DNA of 64,000 nt from assembly GCA_964016885.1 (NCBI GenBank), contig OZ024740.1, positions 292,888,001-292,952,000 of the forward strand, given 5' to 3'. The first letter of the stretch is position 1. The number at the start of each line of letters is the position of its first letter. The stretch comes from Eledone cirrhosa. Lineage: Eukaryota. Below the pieces are notes generated by a model. The model was not told the origin of the DNA and did no database searches. It saw nothing but the letters and a program-made list of their open reading frames with translations. Below, in pieces: positions 13,503 through 27,489 of the stretch. Both the position numbers and the translations under genes were made by a program.

Positions 13503-13731
13503 CTAAATAGAGTACGGACCAGAAACGTTACCGTTTCTTCCACATTCCTAAATAGAGTACAGACCTGAAACTCTACCGTTTATTCCACATTCCTACATAG
13601 AGTACAGACCCGAAACGCTACCGTTTCTTCCACATTCCTGCATAGAGTACTGACTTGAAATGCTACTGTTTCTTCCACATTCCTAAATAGAGTACGGACC
13701 TGAAACTCTACCGTTTCTTTCACACTCCTAA
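13503..13731. repeat. 45-bp minisatellite, five units
   Basis: atagagtac recurs at 13507, 13552, 13597, 13642 and 13687. Confidence 0.95.
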
Positions 13732-14404
13732 AATTAATAAGCGGAGCGGGGTGTGTGGGTGAAGGACGATTCTTCGTGACCCTAGAGTACTCTTCAACAA
13801 GTACAGCGAAACACTACCAGAGTTCTCCCATACTTGCAAGAAAAATGAAGATAGAGTTTTCCTCACCACATCTTATTTCTAGTTAGCTCTTTAATGCCTT
13901 AAGTACTTGTAGATACGATCATAGCCAAATTCTGGCAGCGGTCTGAAAACTTATCATACTTTTCTACTGTATTACCGACAACGCATGTTCAAGTAACAAA
14001 ACAAAATGAAGACTTATCATTGATGAATAGCGTTTCCACTACTGGACGAATGATTGATGCTGATCAAACTGAAAGTCTTCAGCATCACCATATGTAAAAC
14101 AGAGTGTATGAAATCAAATTGAAATAGACATGCTTAGCAGTCTATAATGTACACTCAATGCAACAAATTAGATTCAGCAATTGTGACTGTATGTCCTACA
14201 GCATGGGCAAAGGAGAGGGAGGCAGAAACCATGCTTTTCGAAACATATTATTGGTTACCAAAGTCATGACACCCGGTTTAAAAAGAATGAAATATACGAA
14301 GCTACCAGGGACAGAATGGCATGGAGGTCCATTGCTAAAATTATTTCTTATTTCTCCACACCAGGATGAGACGGAGCAGACCAATTATTATCATTAAATG
14401 TTAA

Positions 14405-14590
14405 GAGCGGTTGATTGGCAGTATCGGTAGAGGCACGGACGCCATGCTTTCCAGCAGACCTTTACGATCTGAGCTCAAATCCCACCGGGGTTAATTTTGC
14501 CTTTCATCCTTAGGGAGTCGATAAAACAAAGCATCAGTAACGTGCTGGGATAATTGCTGGCCTTGTTCCAAAAGTAGAAACAATTATTAA
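14405..14590 (+). mobile_element. Meta-type tRNA SINE
   Basis: Full-length match to the family consensus seen across the window. Confidence 0.85.
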
Positions 14591-14793
14591 ATGTTAACAC
14601 TAAATTATGTATCTCAAGAGATAGCTTGGTGTTGTATTAGGATTGGCTCCCCTGTATATATTTAGAATCTACATCTAAGCGATACCGGATATAAAAGACC
14701 AGTTACTCCCAGCTCTGACATATAATGGTATAGGGACAACAATTAAACTTGCAAGCTAGTAAAGGGGGTTATAGGAAATAAAAGAGGATTTGA

Positions 14794-14870
<77 letters not shown>

Positions 14871-15019
14871 ACGGAAAACAAGCAAGCAAATCATTTGTGT
14901 AGAATTGACTGATCCAACGCATTTGGAACATCTTAAGACAACTGTAGCACATACAATTTCAAGTTTCCAAGAGTAGTATACACATTTATATATCATATAT
15001 CAAATAATAATAATAATAA

Positions 15020-15170
15020 TAATAATTGTTTCTACTTTAGGCACAAGGCCAGCAATTACTCAGTGCATTACTGGTACTTTATTTTATCGACCCCGTAAGG
15101 ATGAAAGGTAAAGTTAACCTCGGCGGGATTTGAACTCAGATCATACAGGGAGGTAACTCTATGCTTCAAA
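15020..15170 (-). mobile_element. Meta-type tRNA SINE, 5'-truncated
   Basis: Central domain and tail present. Confidence 0.8.
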
Positions 15171-15964
15171 GAGTTAAACCCAGCGGGAGGACGGTTTGTC
15201 ATATATTCATTACATTTATTGAGTAGTGGCGCATATTTCACTATTGATCAGCTCAAAGTTCGATCTGTATATCGATCTAGCCCGACTATGGAAACAAAAG
15301 CTGGTCGGACCTCTGCTGCGGTTATGACAGAATGAACTTCTTAGAGCGTAGAAAAATTATATAACGATCCACATTCATTTATGGTGGTCAGTTAAAGTTC
15401 ATTTTGATTGGTGGTTTTGCTAGAAGGAATGTTGTGGTGTCTGAGAGGGGAAGGATTATATATATATATATATATATTTATCATATGTAACCCATGTGCG
15501 ACCACACAGTATTCTTCTTTCTTCTCATGTTTTTTTATATATATTTACCTCGGCTGCGTTTGTCTGTTTCTCTCTTACTGCTTCCCCGTTCTCTCTGTTT
15601 CTCTCACCTTCTTTCGCCTCCTCTGTCAGTTACACTTTCTCTCGACTGACCGCTTCCTCGCACTTCCACTCACTCACTCTCTGTTTTATGAGTTTTAATG
15701 CGATAAAATACCAATGATGGTTGGAAAATCACTGACGAAGGACTATTTTTATCATATGTAACCCATGTGAAACCATGCAGTATTCTTCTTTCTTCTCATG
15801 TTTATATATATATATATATATATATATTTGATTGGCAAAGCTGTCTAAACGTAATGTTATAACTCTAAGGTAATATTCTCTATTGAGTGCTTAGCTGCAC
15901 ACCGAAACTGCATTTGTTAGCTTGGCTGCAACCAAAAGCTTCGTTGATGCTGTGCTAAAATTTG

Positions 15965-16078
<114 letters not shown>

Positions 16079-16158
16079 AAGGAGTTGTGGTAAGGAACCA
16101 GATGGACCATAACGCACCAGAGTACTCAATACTTAGGGTAGTAGAGAGGGTAATACTT

Positions 16159-16256
<98 letters not shown>

Positions 16257-16261
16257 CATAC

Positions 16262-16314
<53 letters not shown>

Positions 16315-16331
16315 TACATATATATATATAT

Positions 16332-16441
<110 letters not shown>

Positions 16442-16644
16442 TAGAAATGACTGTGTAGTTGCTATTTAAGGTAACTTAAAATGCAGTGGGAATACGAAGA
16501 AAGCAGGAAAGAGGGGGGTTCCTAATCAGTCGTCTACTGGAGATCTCGGATATTTCTACGCTTTAAAGACAATGTATCTCGCCCCAGGGCGTCAATAACT
16601 GGAAAAGTTATTTGGAAAACGGAGGAGGGAGGGAAGGAAAGCAA

Positions 16645-16720
<76 letters not shown>

Positions 16721-16761
16721 TAGGAATAACCAAAGAGTGCTTAGAAATACATTGTTTTATT

Positions 16762-16808
16762 AGCTAACAGTGTTTCATCCATACACCATGGCAGGAATTT
16801 TCAGAGCC
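16762..16808 (-). ncRNA. Degenerate type I hammerhead motif (G8A) in a short TA-flanked element (16716-16905)
   Basis: ggcu-CUGAAAA-uucc..ugga-u-GAAA-CAcUG-UU^agcu-aauaaa. Confidence 0.55.
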
Positions 16809-16901
16809 TATAAACTAGTTATCCTACTTTGAGCTAAAACCACACTGTCATACCCAGGGCAATATATCTACATGTCTAGGCATATTGATATATTTGTCAA
16901 C

Positions 16902-16974
<73 letters not shown>

Positions 16975-16979
<5 letters not shown>

Positions 16980-17480
16980 CGTCGTTGCACGGGATAAGGT
17001 ATTGTGAAATATATAACCGACTTAGCTAAGCTTAGTATTGCCACAACCATGGCTGGCAAAGAAGTAAGGGTCCGTTGGTACGTAAGTAAGCAACACTGTG
17101 GCTTAAAACGTGAGGAAGAAGTTGTGTGCACTTACCAACTGTTTGGGGAATGAGCGTGTGATTTGTCTTGAGCAAGGGTGGCAGAATAACCGGATGCAGC
17201 AGGCAGCTAGACATACAGACAGATATTATAAGGGCGCGACGTTATATGTATGTATCTATCTAAAAAGAGAAAGACTAAGAATTATAGAGAGAGATTGCTA
17301 AATCGTCTAATGCGTTCCTTAGGGCGTTGAAAATTTGAAATTATTTTTGCTAAGAACACTCCCTGAAACATAAGTATTACATGTGTAAAGTTTGAAAACA
17401 GTCGGTTGGGTACTTCTCTAGTTTTTGGGTTTTAAACTTACACAGGCACAAACAGACATCCTCAGTTTTATATATATAGA
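16975..17480 (-). mobile_element. Non-autonomous Helitron-like element
   Basis: 5' TCTATATATATAAAA at 17480 and 3' hairpin CCCGTGCAACGACGGG at ~16978-16993. The terminal CTAG is lost in (TA)n. Confidence 0.6.
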
Positions 17481-17729
17481 TGGTAAAAAAATGAATAATG
17501 TCTTAGAAATGACGTATTTTGATGTAATCTTTAATCATACATTTTTCAAACCCGCACACATTCCCAGACAGACACCCACATATATTCAGATACGTGCACA
17601 GAATACACACATCGACACATGCACAGACATACACACAATCGTACACACATACATATACTCACCCATATATATATTTATGAGAGGAAATCTTTAAACCAAA
17701 TATGAAATTACTGGATCATAAAGAGGAAA

Positions 17730-18215
17730 TAATTGTTTCTACTTTTGGCACAAGGCCAGCAATTAACCAGTGCATTACTGGTACTTTATTTTATCGACCC
17801 CGTAAGGATGAAAGGCAAAGTTAACCTCGGCGGGATTTGAACTCAGAATGGCAAGGGCCGTAACTCTGTGCGTCAAAGCATACACGGGCATTATATATAA
17901 TATAATATAATTGTTTCTACTTTTGGCACAAGGCCAGCAAATACCCAATACATTACTGGTACTTTATTTTATCGACCCCGTAAGGATGAAAGGCAAAGTT
18001 AACCTCGGTGGGATTCGAATTCAGAATGGCAAGGGCCGTAACTAACTCTGTGCGTCAAAGCATAACGTCCGACCCTCTACCGATACTGCCAATCCACTAT
18101 AATATGATATAATATAATTGTTTCTACTTACTTCCCGTAAGGATGAAAGGCAAAGTTAACCTCGGCGGGATTTGAACTCAGACCATAAAAGGCCGTAACT
18201 CTATGCTGCAAAGCA
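17730..18215 (-). mobile_element. Three tandem Meta-type SINE copies
   Basis: Copies at ~17730-17880, 17908-18098 and 18115-18215, separated by (ATAAT)n. Confidence 0.85.
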
Positions 18216-18667
18216 TATAATATAATATAATATAATATAATATAATATAATATAATATAATATAATATAATATAATATATATTTCACAAAATAACTCATG
18301 ATACAAAGGATGACTCGGTTGTTGCGTGTGTATTGTGTCCGACTATCAACACATACGCATGTGAATGTATGGAAATGAAATGGATGAGTGGATAATGTAG
18401 TAGTGGAATAGCTACTTAACAGTTCCTAGATCAAATAGCTGATATCAGCTATATGTCGGAAACCAGTACCATATTACAGAGGAAAAGGTCAAGAGTTCTG
18501 ATTAGTTATTGATGTGAAAAGGTCAAGTCATATTTATCTTCAGCCACACACAGACACATGTAATTGCACACAAAAATATATACTGACTCGCGTATACACA
18601 CATACTTACATACATAGATACATACATATATACATACATACATACACACACACACATATATATATGT

Positions 18668-18698
<31 letters not shown>

Positions 18699-18719
18699 AA
18701 GAGATAGATAGATAGAGAT

Positions 18720-18750
<31 letters not shown>

Positions 18751-18837
18751 AAGAGAAAGAAAGAAAGAAAGAAAGAAAGAGAGAGTGAGAGAGAAAGAGA
18801 GAAAGTGAGATAGAAAAAAGAAAGAGAGAGAGAGAGA

Positions 18838-18898
<61 letters not shown>

Positions 18899-19039
18899 AT
18901 CGAAGTCAGTGTTGCAGCATATGTACAAAGTTTATTGACATATTACAATTGTTTCGATATCTATCAGGTCAGGGTTCATTAATCTAAACTCGCCTTTCCG
19001 ATGAGATATCGAAATAAGAGTCAAGCCCCATTATCTTGG

Positions 19040-20240
19040 TTGTGCTCTGAGCCAATCCATATTGAAACAATTCCAGATGAAGCATCCGCTAAAGATGTTT
19101 TGTGGTCTTGTCGAATTTTAGACAAGAAAAGATTTATCAAGAAGGTTTTACCAGTCCCACCCGGAATATCAATGAAATAATAGACTCAAGTATATTGTTA
19201 TATACTGCTTTTTGATCAACTAGTAGTTTGGGTTCGTTTCGTTAATATGGGATTTGTGGTCTTCTAAGTTGTATGAAGCTTCTTGCACAAGTTCATTCTT
19301 TGACCAAAAAAAATAGTTATATCGAGGAAGTCCTTACAAGCGCAGAGGAGATTCATCTATTCCCGCCAGTTTGTCTTCAATCTCCATCAAAGCTTAGTAA
19401 AAAACAGTTACTTCTATGTCAGGTTTTCCCAATTGTGTTTTGTGTTTAATCTACTCAGTCATATCGTACCTATACTTCAGCCAAAGTACTGATGTATTGG
19501 CTATGTCACAAATTTTTAGTATAATTGCAAACATATTTCGAATATTTTTGGCGGTTCGACACTCTGCAAGTGTAACATCCTATTAATTGTCATCTTCCAA
19601 CAGACCTCTCGGCATGCAGGCCTCTTAATAGGTGTTACAAACAGCACTATTCACTTTAAGAAGTTCAACAAAGCTTTGAGGGCCTCTAAGCAGTATCATC
19701 AAGTGGAAACATTCGTGCTGTCCCGGATGTATTGTGTAAATCCTACCTCGTGTTGCAGTTTTACAAATTCCAGGATGGTTTTCTACTGGTCTTCCTTATT
19801 TTCGCCGGTTCGATTTTCTTCTGTTTCTCAAAGGTGCAGTAGAAGGGTATTTTGTCCGTATAGTAGAGATCGTGTAAAGCTGTCAGTTCAACAAAGTAAA
19901 AAAAAAAAAACACTAGCAAAGTTGTCTTTCTTGGTACTATCACTTGTTGGGCTGCATTTAGGGCAGTAAAATACACTCGTCCATTTTCAAAAGGCCGTCA
20001 AGTTTTTGCACCGGTGGGTATTGGAATCCAAAAATGCGCCAGAATGCTTCGTTACTGCTGATGTATCGGTCGTGCTGGAAGTTGTACACCTCGTCGGACT
20101 TATTTCTTTGTTGTAGCCTAAACATAACAGCATCGAAACACTTGTTGACGCATTTGCACACACACTTTAAAGTTCCGTTCCTCACACCAACGCCCCATTC
20201 CGTTTTCGGGAAAAAAAAATGGATTAATTGAAAACTCACG
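19040..20240 (-). mobile_element. Degraded Helitron Rep/Pif1-helicase remnant
   Basis: RYISSNEAFWRIFGF (Rep region, ~20010-20070) and DIPGGTGKTFLINLFLSKIR..ASSGI (helicase Walker A, ~19065-19170), with many stops and frameshifts. A Helitron-like 5' terminus lies near 20480-20540. Confidence 0.85.
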
Positions 20241-20284
20241 GAAAACTTTAATTAATTCCAATTTTATTATATTTAGTGTCATGA

Positions 20285-20455
20285 GGGTAATGAATTGGCA
20301 GTATCGCTAGAGAGTCGGACACCATGCTACGCGGCATAGAGTTACGGCTATTTACGTTCTGAGTTCAAATCCCGCCGAGGTTAGCTTTGTTTTTCATCCT
20401 TACGGGGTCGATAAAATTAAGCACCCGTAATGCACTGGGGGCGATTTAATCTACT
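20285..20455 (+). mobile_element. Meta-type tRNA SINE inserted in the Helitron
   Basis: A and B boxes and central domain. Confidence 0.8.
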
Positions 20456-20702
20456 ATAGTAAAAATCATTACGTTTAGTGACATTAGCGGTCAATGTACA
20501 AACACACTTCATTTATATATATATATATATATATAGAATTAGTATTTAGCTTCAGGCATAGCTGTATACAGATATGTGTAGAAATTTCGTATTTCTAAAG
20601 AAACAAGGTATGTTTACAGGTAAACATTTAGAAAGCTGTAGCTATGCAAAAAACATCGAGGCTATCGCCCTCTGGTGGTGTCCAGCAGAAGCAAAGGGGG
20701 CA

Positions 20703-20746
20703 ATCGTCGATGCATTTCGGACTTAACTGGTCCTCATCAGAACGAT
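20703..20746 (-). ncRNA. Minimal type I hammerhead ribozyme motif, intact core
   Basis: aucguu-CUGAUGA-GGAC-caguuaa-GUCC-GAAA-UGCA-UC^gacgau. Stems I and II pair, and stem III is the palindromic AUGCAU typical of dimeric PLE/retrozyme HHRs. Confidence 0.85.
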
Positions 20747-22588
20747 CCCTCCCACACTTGCGACTGCTGCACTTGAAAGCAGTCGAGAGAATATATAGTT
20801 TTCTCGTCTGTGTAAATGAGGTAATTATTCTCACTCGCATATGAAGCTGCATAAGTTGGCTCAACTTATAATAGAATAGAATTAGGATTTAGCTTCATAT
20901 AATATATATATATATAGTCTTACAATTAACCTGTTAATAATTCTATTGACAGATTAATTGCAGAAGTTTATTTTTAAAAGCTACCTGGTTGAGCGCTTAT
21001 TCGATTTGTGCTATCTATGCAATTTTTTGTATGAAATACACATACTGAATTCTTTTGCCAAAATATGGGGAATTTCCCCTTGTGACTTACGCATGTGCGT
21101 TTACTATGCTCTGCGTCACTCGCAAAGATGGTTACAGAGCAGAATTACCTGTTGATAACGTGATATTCCTTGTTCGATCTTTATGCTGAAAGCTTATAGT
21201 TTTAAGCAGACAGTATTATTGATTTAGGTGTCATAGAAACCCTGCATTTGGATTTTACCACCAGTTCCATTTGGGTACAGGTTTTTATCATTCATTTATT
21301 TTGTTTGACCTGTTTAGCTTGATTTGTTTTTTGGCTTAGGTGGCTAATGCCTTCTTAACCACTTTTTCAGTTTGTATGGCGTTTTAACATATTGTTTAGC
21401 TCTGGTTTTTTAACTATTGAGCGCTTGCCAGCATTTCTACGATTTTGCGTTTCGTTTCGCTTTCTCTACTAGCCGAAATACAATTCTCGCTGAATTATAT
21501 TTATATATATATAGAATTGTAGAAAGAGAGAAGAGAAGAAGAGCAGGAATGAGAACGATAGATCATTTTTTGTTGTTCTTTTTTGGGGGAGGGGGAATAC
21601 AAAGGAAAAAATTGAAAAAATGATGCAAAATGTAAATGAAAGAGAAACCTAGGTTTCTCTTTCATTTACATTTTGCATCATTTTTTCAATTTTTTCCTTT
21701 GTATTCCCCCCCCCCCCCTCCCCCAAAAAAGAACAACAAAAAATGATCTATCGTTCTCATTCCTGCTTTTCTTCTCTTCTCTCTTTCTACAATTCTTTCA
21801 TTTAGACTCTCTTTAATTCTCTTCGCCTCTTCCTCCTTGTCTGACCGTTCTGCCGATCTTACGAGGTTATATTTTAGCCCGACCTTTGCTAGTCATAATA
21901 GCAGCTGGCTGTTTTCACGGCAACTTCCGCGATTGAGATTCCTACACTTTTGTGATATTTCTTATACACTCCTCGCTCGAATCCTTTTCAATTATGTTTA
22001 TACACACACACGTGTGTGTGTATAAACATAATTGAAAACATAATATATAAAGTGAGAGAGAGAGAGAGACCGACAAAGAGAGAGACATATACAGATAGAG
22101 AGAAAAAGAGATAGAAGAGACATAGAGAGGGACATATAGTTAGAGAGAGAGAGAGAGAGAAAGAGAAAGAGAGAGAGAGAGAGATAGAAAGACGTTGAGA
22201 GAGACAGAGAAAGTGATAATGAGAGACATAGTGAGAGTCAGATAGATAGAGAGACATTAAGTGGGATAGAGAGATAGCGAGAAACTACAGGAATGTATAA
22301 ACCAGCTAGACCACATCTGATACGGTCAATGTGCTAAAATAAGCAGTAAAGTCGCCCACCTCGCTTCGGAGAAAAAGTCGATGGCGAACAGGTCAGAGGT
22401 CAGATCAGTTGAAAACACGAAAACCCTTAATTATTATCAATTTTATTTAGTGTTAATGCACTGGGTAATTGCTGGCCTTGTGCCTAAAGTAGAAACAGTT
22501 ATTAGAGGTCAATGTACAAACAAACAAACGAACTTCCTTTTCATAAGAATTTTAGATATACATATATACACGTACGCACACACACACG

Positions 22589-22622
<34 letters not shown>

Positions 22623-22671
22623 CACACACGCACGCACACACACACACACACATACACACACACACACACCC

Positions 22672-22722
<51 letters not shown>

Positions 22723-22891
22723 GGAAAACGAAGAATCAGTGATGCATCGGAACACAATTTATTACGTATTACAATTGTTTTTCCGGCGAACAGCTCGAGG
22801 TGCGATCTGTTTGTGGATCGAACCTGACTCTGGATTCGCAAGTTCCTCAGACACGTCTAGTGATTTCGAAGCAAATCTCCTCTTACTACAA

Positions 22892-22950
<59 letters not shown>

Positions 22951-23174
22951 TAGATAGATAGATAGGTAGAGAAACTGAGAGAGAGAGAGGAAGAGAGAGA
23001 GAGAGAGAGGGGCATTCCGGATGATTTCATACGAATGGAACAGATCTGGTCCCGTAGAAGCCATTTCTATATTAAATAATGATATTTACACTCTACTAAT
23101 GCATTGAGTACCATTATAACTGTGGGTACTCCGATTTCACTCGGGATCTACACACACACATACACGGATATATA

Positions 23175-23238
<64 letters not shown>

Positions 23239-23476
23239 TATAATTACTTGAGTAAGATTTCGTATAAATAATGAACGATCCCTTGATATGTAAACATGGT
23301 TTGAAATGATGATTTTAAACGAAAGAAACAATTCTCGGCGAAATCACTTCTATATGAAATAAATAAGTACCTTCCTTACTAACTCTACTAATGTATTGAG
23401 TACTTTATTTAACTGTGATTCACTTCCATTCACCATAGGAAACCCTTTTCTCTCTCTCTCTTTCTCTCTCTCTCTC

Positions 23477-23514
<38 letters not shown>

Positions 23515-23985
23515 AGTACAGCATCATCGAAGCTCTGGTTGTAGCCAAGATAACGAATGCAGTCGGGGTGTGCAGCTAAGCACTCAATAAGGTATATTAC
23601 CTTAGAGTTATAACATTACGTTTAGACACCTTTGCAAATTGAAGACAGCGACCGATAGACGAGCCGCAGTGACCAAAGCGACGAAAAAAACTGAACTCAG
23701 GATAAAATATGACAAACCTGGACCATCGCGTCGATACCATACATAACACATAATATATAATATATAATATATATCACATATAATATATAATATCTCCGCT
23801 AGGTTTCTGTAAATCCGAAATCGACAAAATTCACTTGCAAGGGCCTGCAAGTTATTGGTTTTTGGAAGATAGAACAGTGGAATTTACTTTAACAAGTTTT
23901 CGTTCTAGTCCGCCCGGTTGTGAATAATAGCAGTAAACACTGGTAGTAGGCACATGGTTTTCCCGAAGGGAGGTAACCATGTACC

Positions 23986-24027
<42 letters not shown>

Positions 24028-24479
24028 TACTAGCAGAAAAACCACCCCTCGTGTCGTTTTCTGCTAGCATTAGTAGTGCGTATATCGAGATTATACGCAA
24101 ATATATATGCATGTAGATATATATCAAATGAAATAGCACAGAAATATGCACGGAAATTGAAGAAAGGTTGTGTTACAATCTCTTCTGAAATCAGTAAAGT
24201 AATCCATGATACATTTAAAAAAGACGATATTATATATAAACTTCATTACGGCGAAATGTTATGAACACGAAAAAGGAGAACATTAGCGATGGAAATATAA
24301 ACGTTATATAACGATGCAAATAAAGCGTACAGAGAAGTGTTATGATATAACGGACGCTAACCGGAAGTGATGACATTGGAAAATAAAAATAAAGTGAATG
24401 TTAAAATAAGCAATACATTATATACATATACAAAAATATTTGTTTCATCAAGAGCTACGAAATTTAGTAGATAAATTAG

Positions 24480-24617
24480 ATAATTGTTTCTACTTTTGGC
24501 ACAAGGCCAGCAATTACCCAGTGCATTTCTGGTACTTTATTTTATCGACCCCGTAAGGATGAAAGGGAAAGTTAACCTCGGCGGGATTTGAACTCAGAAT
24601 GGCAAGGGCCGTAACTA
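24480..24617 (-). mobile_element. Meta-type tRNA SINE, 5'-truncated
   Basis: Family match. Confidence 0.8.
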
Positions 24618-24759
24618 GATAAATTACATAATATTCATTCATGATTTATTCAAAGTAATCCAAGTTATTTTAATAACGTGTTCAGAAAAAATATCCCTGA
24701 CACAGTCTCGCAGTACTCCGATTATTATATGTTATATATATATATATAAATATATATAT

Positions 24760-25810
24760 CTAGGGCGGGTAAAATTCTCGAGATCCATGGACGAGTTCCC
24801 TCCAGCGGTCTCTGCCCCTCATTATCGCTGCCAGATCCTGTGTCTCCAACAGACCAGTGTCTGTCCTTAGGGCATCAACATACGTTAACCTTGGTCTTCC
24901 ACTTCCAGTGTGTCCATGTAAAGGCTCGCACGGGAGCACTGAGTGCAATGTCAACTCTGGATGTCGGTGACCATGTCCAGCTAACCTCAGTCTGCTCTGT
25001 GTCACTTTTGAGCTGACTTTTGGGAGGCTCCCATACAGCTCTGAGTTTTTCATCCTCAGTGTATACTGATTAATGTTCAGAGCCATCCTCAGCATTCTCG
25101 TGTAGCACCCATCCACCATCTGAGTGAGTTTCTTGGTCAGTGTCTAAGTCTCAGACCCGTAAGCAGCACAGACTCCACTACAGCAATGAAGAGGCGGATT
25201 TTCATGTCTTTATGAAGGTTCGACTTCCACACAGATCTTAAGCTGTGGCACGCCGCCCAGGCGTTGCTCTTCCTCTCAACTACATCATCTTCCGTATTCC
25301 CAATCTGGATATTGTGACAGAGCCCTTCACCAGAGAGGAGCTTCAGAGAGCCAAGAAGAAGATCAAGGAGGGCAAGGCTCATGGAGAAGATGGAGTGGCA
25401 TCAGAGGTGATGAAAAGGTGTGATTTTGATGATATCATCCTGGGGTTCTGTAACCAGGCACTGGAGAAAGGAGTTGCCCTGAATCAGTGGAGGATCAGTA
25501 ACATCGTCCCAGTGCCAAAGAAGGGAGATGTCACTAACACAGGATGATTCTTAACAGGATCCAGCCTGAGATGGAGAACAAGTTCAGGGACAACCAGAAC
25601 GGCTTCAGAGAGAGAAGATCAACCACCAGTCATATCCTGATGCTGAGGAGGATATTAGAGGGTGCTAGAGCAAAGTGCCTTCCTGCGGTCATGGCTTTCA
25701 TTGACTCTAGGAAGGCCTTTGATTCTGTGGACCGTCACTGCCTGATGAAGATCTTACAGGCTTATGGAATCCCCAAGAAGGTAGTGGACCTGATATCACT
25801 GCTCTACATG
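24760..25810. mobile_element. RTE-like LINE copy with inverted 5' segment
   Basis: Minus strand 24760-~25285 encodes the post-RT C-terminus (KIRLFIAVVESVLL, GCYTRMLRMALN, GRPRLTYVD). Plus strand ~25290-25808 encodes the N-terminal RT region (EPFTREEL, VPVPKKGD, NQNGFRERRST, FIDSRKAFDSV). (TA)n on both sides. Confidence 0.85.
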
Positions 25811-25867
<57 letters not shown>

Positions 25868-25967
25868 CTAAAAGTTTATATGGTTCGTTGATTCAACGAA
25901 TTCAATTTTACAACGAATTCAATTTAGAAGCACTCGACAAAAAATTATCTGGAGTATTTATAATATT

Positions 25968-26007
<40 letters not shown>

Positions 26008-26138
26008 CAGTTGAAGAAAGTTAATTGATCCAATATCTGCTGACTTTTTCTTAAGCAGACGTGAAGCGCTCTACGGTTTGTCTTCCTTAGGATTTTCTCC
26101 GTAAGGTATCGTCCAGTGTTTTAGTATGATAAAATTTA

Positions 26139-26200
<62 letters not shown>

Positions 26201-26280
26201 GCACATACATGCATATACACGCACACACACATACACTCATATACATTTACACACATACACACATGCATACATGCATACAT

Positions 26281-26864
26281 GATGACTGCCCCCTCGTTAA
26301 AGTGGATGCCCAATGCCATTGTGCGTGAAGATATTTTACAGTGAGGAAAGACTGTGCACTGAGCCAATCCCACTCTCTGAGCGACAGTAGCTATAACCCG
26401 AAAAGAAGAAAAGATCAACATCATCGGTAACTACTGAGCCGCAGGTTTTATATCGGAGGTATCCCAGTTTCCTGAGTTGCCTTCTCCTAGAAGAATGCCC
26501 TGACAAAGGCTAGATGTTCTTCACTCCCAGTGGTTTAACCGCGCGATCGGGTATCCAGCCCGATTATTTCTATGCCCCCCCCCCCGTGCATATATATTTA
26601 CATATGCATACATGTATATAAATATATACATATACATACACACATATATACATACACACACATATACATATTTACACATTTTTGGATAGCCGTTAAATCT
26701 TATGAGTTCTTCCGCCCTTTGTCAGGTTTTATTTTTTGTCCTGCAGGGTGTCCATAATCACCCTCCTCACCAAGTCAACTTGGTGGGGTTGCCGGTTTAG
26801 TCGCCGACATGCGACAGGTTGTACTGGATTACATGTTACCAGTAGCACTCAAGAGTGACTCGAC
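26281..26864 (-). mobile_element. Diverged relative of family K, interrupted by a microsatellite
   Basis: Shares the blocks ttctcctagaa..tgacaaaggcta, gtcctgcagg, ttggtggggttgcc and catgttaccagtagcac with K. Confidence 0.65.
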
Positions 26865-27274
26865 ATACATACGCACATACATACATACATAATCTGCATA
26901 CATACATACTTACGTACATACATACGTACATACATACATACAGTGTTAGACTGGCCAGGTTGCCAGGTTGCCCAATAGCAAGTGGGCTCCAGGGGGGCCC
27001 CGGTATAATTGCAGGACTCACTGTAGTATTTTAGGGGCCAATGCTTTGCTTACAAAAAATAACTGAAGGCTAAGAGAAAGCATATAAATGAAACAATTAA
27101 GCAAAGCATTTGGTCAACCAATTCCCCAGGGAATTATTAGAAACCAAAATATATGATAGTGCAAATAGTTGGAATCAGGGGTTGTACATTCTACTAAATC
27201 TAAAGCTTAGTGTATTCATTCATGCATGAAAACATACATATATAGACACACACACGTGCCTATAGTAGAAATCA

Positions 27275-27462
27275 TTGAATTGGCAGTATCGGTAGAGGGT
27301 CGGACGCCATGCTTTGCAGCACAGTTACGTTCCTTTACGGACTGAGTTGAAATCCCGCCGAGGTTATCTTTGCCTTTCATCCTTACTGAGTCGATAAAAT
27401 AAAGTACCAGTAATGCACTGGGTTATTGCTGGCCTTGTTCCATAAGTAGAAACAATTATTAT
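27275..27462 (+). mobile_element. Meta-type tRNA SINE
   Basis: Family match. Confidence 0.85.
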
Positions 27463-27489
27463 TGCACTGGATTTCCAATATAAACGCAT

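Noticed and set aside
13503-13731. CRISPR-like array
   Set aside because: Head-to-tail 45-bp units without unique spacers, no cas genes, eukaryotic context.
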